A DNA stretch of 64,000 nucleotides. It comes from Paramecium tetraurelia (lineage: Eukaryota). Below are positions 55,359-64,000 of this stretch, piece by piece. The position numbers were made by a program, and so were the translations under genes. The notes beneath the pieces are model-generated. The model saw only the letters and a list, made by a program, of their open reading frames with translations. It was not told the origin of the DNA and did not search any database. Position 1 is the stretch's first letter; every line of letters starts with the position of its first letter. The DNA lies in contig CT868679.1 of NCBI GenBank assembly GCA_000165425.1, positions 186,001 through 250,000 on the forward strand, written 5' to 3'.

Positions 55359-58262
55359 ATGTAAGAACGGTTTATGAGGGCTATTCAAGAGTTGGATACC
55401 CTTTTAAGAGAAACTGAAACCGGCAAGATTAAGCTCAGTCTTACTCTTAAAGATCTAGCGCAACTGCATCACTTACAGTCCAGACTTCAGGAGTGTAAGT
55501 TTCTCAATTCAATCTATTCCGAGGAAAGCAGAATTAAGTAACAAATCAACGATTCATATTAAGATAATACCTTAACAAATCAGTGACAGTCAATCTATAA
55601 ATTCAAGAAGAACTGTGTTCAATTATAGAATCAAAAATGGAATCAATTGCAGTATTTCATTTAATAATATAATCAAGTCTAATTTCAATCATCTAGATAA
55701 ATTAATTCTCTATATCTTGAATTAAACAATGAATAAAGCAACTATGAAGAATGTACTTAGACAAATTAGCAATATTATATTGGGCAGCAATAATTTCACT
55801 TTGCTAAGATTTTAAGAAAAATCCGTAGAGAGTGTCTCTACTGATGAATTTATTGAAGTAAATTATTGTTCTCAAAATAGCAATAACTAACATTAGAATA
55901 GAAATTACAACTCTATTAATAATTCCGTGGCGACCAACTCGAAATCCTCACTTTTAAACCCACTGGGCAATTGCAATAGATATTCAAAAGCAGCTCTTTA
56001 TAGGTCATTAGAGTACCATAGAAACTGAATGCCTAAACCCATTCTTCACTCATAATATATGAAGTATAACAGTTTGCCAAATTGCCTCAATCGAAACCCC
56101 ATCAAATTAAACTGATTTGTGATCAACTAATTACTATAGGTTATGACTATTTAAATGAGAATTACCAGTAAACATTTCTGCTCAATATCATTTAGTAAAG
56201 ATGACTTAATCAATTCAGTCAGAGCCATAGGTTAGTTTTTAATTAAAAATGCACCAATCTTATTTTAGGAATGCATTAGGAATGAAATCGAAAAAAAACT
56301 CAACACTAAATGGTAATAGTTTAATTTTATTAAAAGTGAAATTATTTAATCAACCAAAAACTCAAAAGACACTAGTTTTGCAATTTTAGAAAATTAAACT
56401 TAGTGCTTTATTCCAGTTATGTCGAATCATGTTGTTTAATTCTATTTACATATGGAGAATGTTTCATTGGACATAATCACTTTTGCAGATTTTGTATTAA
56501 TCCATATGATTGAATTTAGATGTCACAATTATGGTAGTATTTCAAGCATTGCTTAAGAGAATTAAAAGATAAAGAATTTCTATACTAAATCATAGAAGTA
56601 AGTACACCAACCAAATTAGTAATTGCGTCTGATCTACATCTGAATATTATTTATTAGAGTGGTTCTGTGCCTTCTTCATGGAATTTCTTGGATCTCAGCA
56701 ATTAATAAATCGATTGTTATTAAAACTTGACAGAAATAAAAATGGAAGAAATCTACAAAACCATGTTGCTATCATCTTTAGATGAAGTATAGAAGAGTAA
56801 AAAAGGAGCAATCGATGTTGGTTAAATCATTTATCATGATAAATATGTAGATATTGCAATTTATGTGAAAAAAGATGAGAAAAATGAAATTAATTAATTT
56901 TTTATTGTTTTTGATCAACCCAAGAAAAGATTTGAATCAAAACGTCACTCAAAAAGTGAAATCAAAGAATCTGAAACTCTGGCAAGCTTAAAATAGGAGA
57001 AAATAGAGAAAGCATGTTTAGTATTACAAGAGACATTAAATTTGAATCTATAAACAGATGAGATAATTGATATGCTCAAAGAACATGCATTGATGACAAT
57101 CATTGAACAAAAAGAATTAATAACTGAAGACATCAGATAAACCTATGTTTTAGAGTATTATAGAAACTCTGAATAGGTGTAAACTTATCGTAGGACAGTG
57201 AGTGAGTCAGATACTCCTTTTGCAACTAAAACGTTGATTCAAGAATAATAATTGACTAATGCAAAAAGTATTAAAGTATCTAATAAAAATAGAAATGGAA
57301 CTGTTTTAATTAAGACCTGATGATTTGGAAAATCTGAATAACTGGTGTTTTGATATTACAATATAGAAAGATCAAATAAAGCATTATACTTGGGCATTGT
57401 TCCATTTATTAAACTATTTTGACAAATACCAGATGTATAAGGAAACATTTTTTCAATTTTTAGTTGCAATAGAGGAGAGATACAACAGTCGTCGTAATCC
57501 CTTTCATAATTTTGAGCATGGTTTTACCGTGGCTCATGCATGTTATTATATGATAAAGAATAAGCTCTTAGATGAATATTTGGATTAAACCGAATAATTT
57601 GCAGCAATATTGTCGTCGCTTTGTCATGATATTGATCATACAGGTCGAACAAATGGATTCGAAGTTGCTAGAATGTCTAAATTGGCAGTGAGATATAATG
57701 ATGAAAGCGTGTTGGAGAATCATCATGCTGCAATGGCCTTTAAAATAATGCAGAGGGAGAAATATAATATTTTATCAAATCTTTCTCAAGAGCAATTCTA
57801 GAAGGTGAGGAGATTCATGGTTTCCAATATCTTAGCAACAGACATGAAGAAGCACTTTGATTTAGTGTCATCTTTAGAGATCAAGTATAAAAATGGAGAA
57901 ATGAACATCGTCAATATGGACACCAAAAGAGTGCTTTCAGGGTTAATAGTGCACACTTGCGATTTAACACAACCTACAAAGAGGTTTGAAATAACGAAGA
58001 AATGGTCGATTAGAATACAGAATGAGTTTGACAATCAAGTGGAAGAGGAGAGGTTATTGGGATTACCGATTACTTAACATTTAGTGTGTTAAAATTTACC
58101 AAAATAAGAATTATCATTTATTAGAGTATTTGATTAATTATAATTTAGAATATCATCCAACCATTGTATGCGTTGACGTCGTCGATTTTGAATAATGGAT
58201 TATCTGTTGCTTTGAAGTGTTTGGAGGAGAATGAGAAAGAATGGACGAAATTACTGAATTGA
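55359..58262 (+). CDS. Class I cyclic-nucleotide phosphodiesterase with long N-terminal region
   Basis: Motifs NPFHNFEHG, LCHDIDHTGRTNGF, YNDESVLENHH, ILATDMKKH, HTCDLTQPTK and EFDNQVEEE..GLP. TGA at 58260-58262. The start may be 55359 or 55374. Confidence 0.92.
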
Positions 58263-58299
58263 AAGAAACAATAATGAATTGATTGATTTAATAATAATT

Positions 58300-61200
58300 A
58301 TGTTTTATAGTAACGAAAGAGCTGAGAAATTGGTGGAATGGTTTCGATAATTCATTCAAAATTTCTATTCTTAGAATGCACAAATGATCACGATGGAAAT
58401 GAACAAAGGCATTTTGACTCTTTTGAGTGTACCTCAAGAACAGAATGTGTTTTGTTCCCAAGAGTATACAGTATTTTCATTTCAACATTAAAGGTAGTAA
58501 ATTTCATACCAAAAACATTGTTACGTTGTTTTATGAGAATCAGCAATGTATTCCTACTTGTGATTTCATTGATAATGATCATAAATCCATCCTTGTCTCC
58601 ATACTATATTTGGATGATAATAGTGTAAATTGCAGCTGGAGCCATCGTGTTTATTTGCAATGAGGCCTTATGTGATTGGTAAAGAAGAAACTCAGACAAA
58701 TTGGTGAATCAGCAATTTACAAAGAAAGGAGGTCGAAATGGTGTGATAGAGGAGATCAAATGGTAAGACATTAATATAGGGGATGTTCTGATACTAAATA
58801 AAGGGGATATGGTGCCAGCCGATATTATCGTCTTGGACACTGGATAGGTGAGAGATCGAGAAGCAGTTTGCATGGTAGATTCGTCTTATTGTGATGGAAA
58901 GAGCACATTCACAAAAAAGAAGAGTTGTTATTTGACTTAATGTAATTAAGAATCATTATATGACAAGTAATCGTATTAAGAACTAGACAGAAATCTTAGT
59001 TTGCTGAATATAGAAAATTATTAACTGGTCGATTAGAATATGAAGTACCCAATAGACATTCAAATATTTTCAGAGGGAGATTGAAATTGAAGAAGGATCC
59101 CAAGGTTGAATTTTTGTCTATTGAGAATCTCATACTTTAAGGATCAACTATAAAACAGACATCATGGTTATTTGGATTAGTTGTATATGTTGGTTCTAAA
59201 ACAAAGAACTCTATGAGTTCAAAAAGAAATAAGGCTAAATGCTCTCATGAAGAAAATCTTATTGATTTCATATCATTGTGTATGATAACGTTAATTCTAT
59301 TTTTCTGTTTAGTATTATGATTGGATTTATAATTTTAGATATCAATAATAGTGCTGTTAGCTAGATCAGATGACCTAACCTTTGCATTGAGGATTGATAA
59401 GAACACATAAAATGGGATGAAGATATTCAACCTTCTCATTCTGTATAGTTAATTCATACCAGCGAATATTTTCATGATTTTAGATTTAATCAATATAGTA
59501 AACAAGATCAAATTCAAATTACAAAGACCTCAAACCTTTTCTGAATTGGGTTCTTTGGATTATATGTTATTGGATAAGACTGGCACTATTACTACATCAT
59601 ATTATAAATTAGATAATTTTTAATTCGGATCACAAGTATTCAACCTGAATCATGATTAACTCTTCAATCAATTAACCAAGAATAAAAGGAGTGATGAGGA
59701 AGAAGACGTTGTCAAATTTGCATCCATCTTTGATCAAGAATACTATATACCCATGGAATATGATACAGTCAATCGTAAGACTAGTCAAGTGATTGATCTA
59801 ATGCCAAACATCAATAAAAAAGTGTTAAAATCAGTTACAACTGATAATAATCAATAAATCTTTAATTAGATTCTTGAATAACAATATCAATTACAACCAA
59901 ACAGTGTGAGAAGTCAAGATTTTCATGACATGGTTAGTCTGCGTAAATCAATGCTATTCTAACATAAGAAGAGAAATTTATTGCATCAACATTAATCTTT
60001 GATGAGCAACAATAATGACGAATTTCTACAAATGATCAATCAATATAAACATAAGTCTCCACAATTAGAATATGCTGAATTGCAAAATGAAAATGCTCTC
60101 TATTATGATTGCTTCATGAAATGTCTCATCTTGTGCCATGAGGCCAGACCAGTGTATTTGAATGATGTCTAATATGAATCATTTTCTAAGAATGAGGAGA
60201 TCGCATTAGGATTTGCTAGATTATGTGGTTATTAATTAGAATCCTTTAATAAATTTGATTGTCCTGATGCTTATCTATGTAAAATAAGAAATCAAAAAAT
60301 CTAATATGACATTTTGGGATTAAATTAATATACTGAAAATCGAAATGTTAATTCAATTGTTGTCTAATCCTAAAAGAGTGGAGATATTGGAGATTGGGAT
60401 CCCTGTGCAATATCTCATCTGAGTGGTGAAGGCTCCAAGAATAAGTCCTTACTCATTTGCAAAGGCGACTATGATGCCATCAAAACCAAATTGCAATTGA
60501 CTCCAAAAGAGAAAGAAGAATTAGAATAACACATTTAAATTTTAAAAATGAGAGGAGTTAGAATGATTCTCTATGGAACTAGAGTACTGAATGAAAAAGA
60601 AACAGAAGAATATAAAAAACAGTTCAATTTATTAAAAAACTCTCTTACCAACCAGGATGAATAATTAGAATAATTGGCCATACAATACGAATAGCAATTA
60701 TCCATTATAGGCATGATTGGGTTTAAGGAAGAATTAAAATAAGATGCGCATGAGTTTATCCAATCTATCAAAAGCTAAAATATACATATATGGCTTTTAA
60801 GTGGGGATCAAGAGGCACAAACCATCAGTTGCGCTTAAGCCTTATAAATAAATGAATCCATTTACAACAAATATCTTCAGATATCGTAAACAGAAAACGA
60901 AAAGATATGGTTTCAATTAAACACTTGCATAGGCATCATTTAATCAGAAATGGTCAAATAATAGTTGTGCAATGAAGATTTCAATACTCTTATCAATTCA
61001 AGCAATACCATTTATGATGGAATAAATTACCAAAAGATGCTCAAATTTACACTTTTAGTTAATGGAAATGCTCTAAGTATAATCTAAGGTGATAATGATT
61101 TATTGAGTCATTTTAGATTTTTGGCAGGAATATGCAAAAATGTTATTGGGTATAATATGAATTAACAACATAAAGAGATGATGTGCAAAATCATTAGAAA

Positions 61201-64000
61201 TTCACTTAATAAGCATGTGATTGCTGTAGGAGATGGATTCAATGATCAATTAATGATGCAATATTCTAATATTTCTGTTGAGGTTATTAATAATAAGAAT
61301 AAGCAATCAATTATAAATACAGGTGATATAAAAGTCTAATATTTGGGTGAAATTAAGGAACTTCTATTATAAGGTAAGATTTATTAGGAAAAATTGCATC
61401 ATTTAATTATGTATTGTTTCTATGCTTCAGGATTAATAGGGATGTCATTATTCTTTTTTAATTGGTTCTGCTATTTCACATCAACCAGTCTCCATGGAAG
61501 TCTTACTTTATTTTTGTATATACAAATATTTATTGGAATAAATGCACTTTTAATTGGACTATTCTCTAGATAGACTTCATATTACATTAATCAACTTTAC
61601 CCTTCACTCTATATTGATGGCCAGATTAGAATAAAAATCATTTGGAAATTGTTTTTGTTGAACATTATGGAATCCTTTCTAACTTCAGCAGCTGTATTTT
61701 ACATGATCCTTTACTAATTCAACTATGCAATGAATGACAAAGGATAAATTATTGGCTTAACAATGAATTCTTTAGGCATTATATATTGTTTTATCATCGT
61801 TATAACCTTTAGAGTATTCTAGGTATTGAATTCCTTCGGGAAATTAATGTAGCTGAAATTGGTCATTATTCTTGTTTTAATAGTCATCCTTTCAGATGAA
61901 TACAAAAATGAAACATATCAAATTTTTACACGCTATTAGTGCATCATTTCTATGATAATCTCATTAATCTTATCATTTACTATTAAATACATATTTTAAG
62001 ATATTATTCGATTGAGGATTTTCCCTAGCGTATATGAATAGATGGCATTTCGATATGAATTGGATAATGAGTCAATCAACAGTTAGTAAATAATCAATCA
62101 GCATTTGGATTAATAGATGTATATAAACTTATCATGATATAATAGAAACATTTCGCAAATCATATCTCAAGTATTCAAAGATTGTAAAGTCTTATCCCCC
62201 TACATTTAAGAAATATTGAACCCTGGTGATACAAAAATCACTGAAATGAGATTATCTAAGTTGACTCTCAAAATAAATGACCTAATCGTGGAACAAAAGT
62301 TTCTTTCTATTAAACTGCAAGAATCACTAAATTCTTATAGATTATTTCTTATTTTATTGTTAATCTACTTTGGAATTTATTGTTTAATCGATTATTTCAT
62401 AAATCTTTAACAAATCCGAACTGGTGCACTTTATTTATGCCTCTTCTGCATTTTTGCTATTATCATCATATACGTAATGAGCAAGCACTTGCAATAAAAT
62501 TACTATACACATTCACACATGATCTTTATTGTGTTTTATATCATAAAGATATCCTTGGATTGGCTGAGTGATGATTTAAGTTTCATTATGTCATCAGTAT
62601 TAGTAGCATTATTTACAACCAATAACACTATGAACATCAACATCATACCAATTTTTGCATATAATATCGTTTATATCATTCAATTAATAGCAAGAATCAT
62701 CTTGGTTCTCATTGCTGATTCATCCTTATCTACTTAAGGCTATTATAATCATACTAGGGTTGTGATTTATGGATCTAGTACCTCGATTATTTTGATGTTA
62801 AGTCTAACATTCAGTTTACTCTACACATTATACAAGACAATATAACGTCGAAGAACTGATTTCTTAGCCAAGTATTATATTGAATAAGACAACTTGGCTG
62901 CCAATGACATTCTTTCCATCTTAGTACCAAAATTTGTTCGCAATCAGATCCAACTTGGCAGTTTACATATGCAGGAAGCCTAAAATGATGTGTCTATACT
63001 ATTTTGCTATGTTTGTGATTTCGATTCTATAATGAAGGAAGAGGGAAGAAATGTTGTATTGATGTTGGACTCTTTGTTCCGAATCTTTGATAATTTATGC
63101 TTATAACATGGAGTTTAAAAGATAGAAACTGTTGGTTATACATATATGGCAGCCACTGGTATTAAGGCTTCTGAAATTAATATCTCGCCTCACATGTTAA
63201 AAACAGAAAAAACCATGAGACTTGTCAATATGGCATTCGATATGATGGAACAAATTCAAGGAAGGCAATATGGCAAAGGAAATTAAATTGAAATGAAAAT
63301 TGGTATCCATGTGGGGAGAGTTATTGCAGGTCTCATTGGGCATCATAAGCCCCAATTTTCTTTGATAGGTGATCCAGTCAATTAAACTAGTAGGGTTGGT
63401 TCTACTGGAGATGTTGGTGCAATCACACTTTCTGCAGAAGCATTTAAATAAGCCAAACAGGGAATAAAATACTATAATAAAAAATAAAAGGAAGCAAAAG
63501 GATTGGGATTGATTGATACATATTAAGTATTTAAAATTAAGCCAAACAATTATCAAATACCAATCAATTAATTAAGATGGTAATAAATAGCAAAATTGGT
63601 CATAAAATAATAGAAACTTAAGAGAAACCTAGCAGGGGCAGTTCAAAAAGAAAGCATTTTATAAAAGATTTAAAACTCATTAAATAATTTGCATGATAAT
63701 AGCTGGGGTAGTTAAAAGATTTCTAATTCACCAAAAACATAATTTGCATAATCTCTATTAAATGTTCCTTCTTTGCCTGACCAACGCAGGCATAGTTAAT
63801 TAGATACTATTCCCATATAAAGTTTAGCAATTTTAGATAGTGAGGAGACTTAAATACATGATCAGTAGCACGTATAAGATGATGAAAATAAATATAAAGG
63901 GTTATTAAAGCCTAACATACTTTTAATGATTCCTGAGAGCTAAAACCTAATTAAGAATGGTTTTTATAATATACATTATGAACAACAATAATACGAAAGT
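58300..64000 (+). CDS. Alveolate bifunctional P4-ATPase-like / guanylyl cyclase; runs off the window end
   Basis: P4-ATPase motifs NFIPK, VPADII, DKTGTIT (59573-59593), LSGD and AVGDGFND. Then a second TM cassette and a cyclase domain KIETVGYTYMAA...KIGIHVGRVIAGLIGHHKPQFSLIGDPVNQTSRV (about 63119-63400). Confidence 0.93.

Overview
This is AT-rich, gene-dense eukaryotic DNA from a ciliate, most consistent with a Paramecium somatic (macronuclear) assembly. TAA/TAG encode Gln and only TGA is a stop. Introns are tiny (about 20-37 nt, GT...AG), and several intergenic gaps are under 60 bp. The supplied standard-code ORF track therefore misses or fragments almost every gene. Read with the ciliate code, the window holds about 30 genes. 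These include a minimal endosulfine, a chromo-shadow-only protein, a secreted PLA2, a DHHC palmitoyltransferase, CK1, the IFT dynein-2 heavy chain, a mitochondrial-type DnaJ, a GBP GTPase and a PUF protein. Further along are an intron-studded repeat gene, a convergent kinase paralog pair, Skp1, a tandem CCCH protein, a sorting nexin, a WD40 protein, and a cyclic-nucleotide PDE directly followed by a P4-ATPase/guanylyl-cyclase fusion. The most unusual accessory element is a decayed but nearly complete non-LTR retrotransposon (RRM-like ORF1, APE endonuclease, RT and a 3' tandem repeat) at about 1.4-4.7 kb, written in the ciliate code. Several apparent recoding signals (T-insertion tract, +1 frameshifts, in-frame TGA) are best explained by low-quality consensus. 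There are two 150-N gaps. All translations were done by eye and exon boundaries are approximate.
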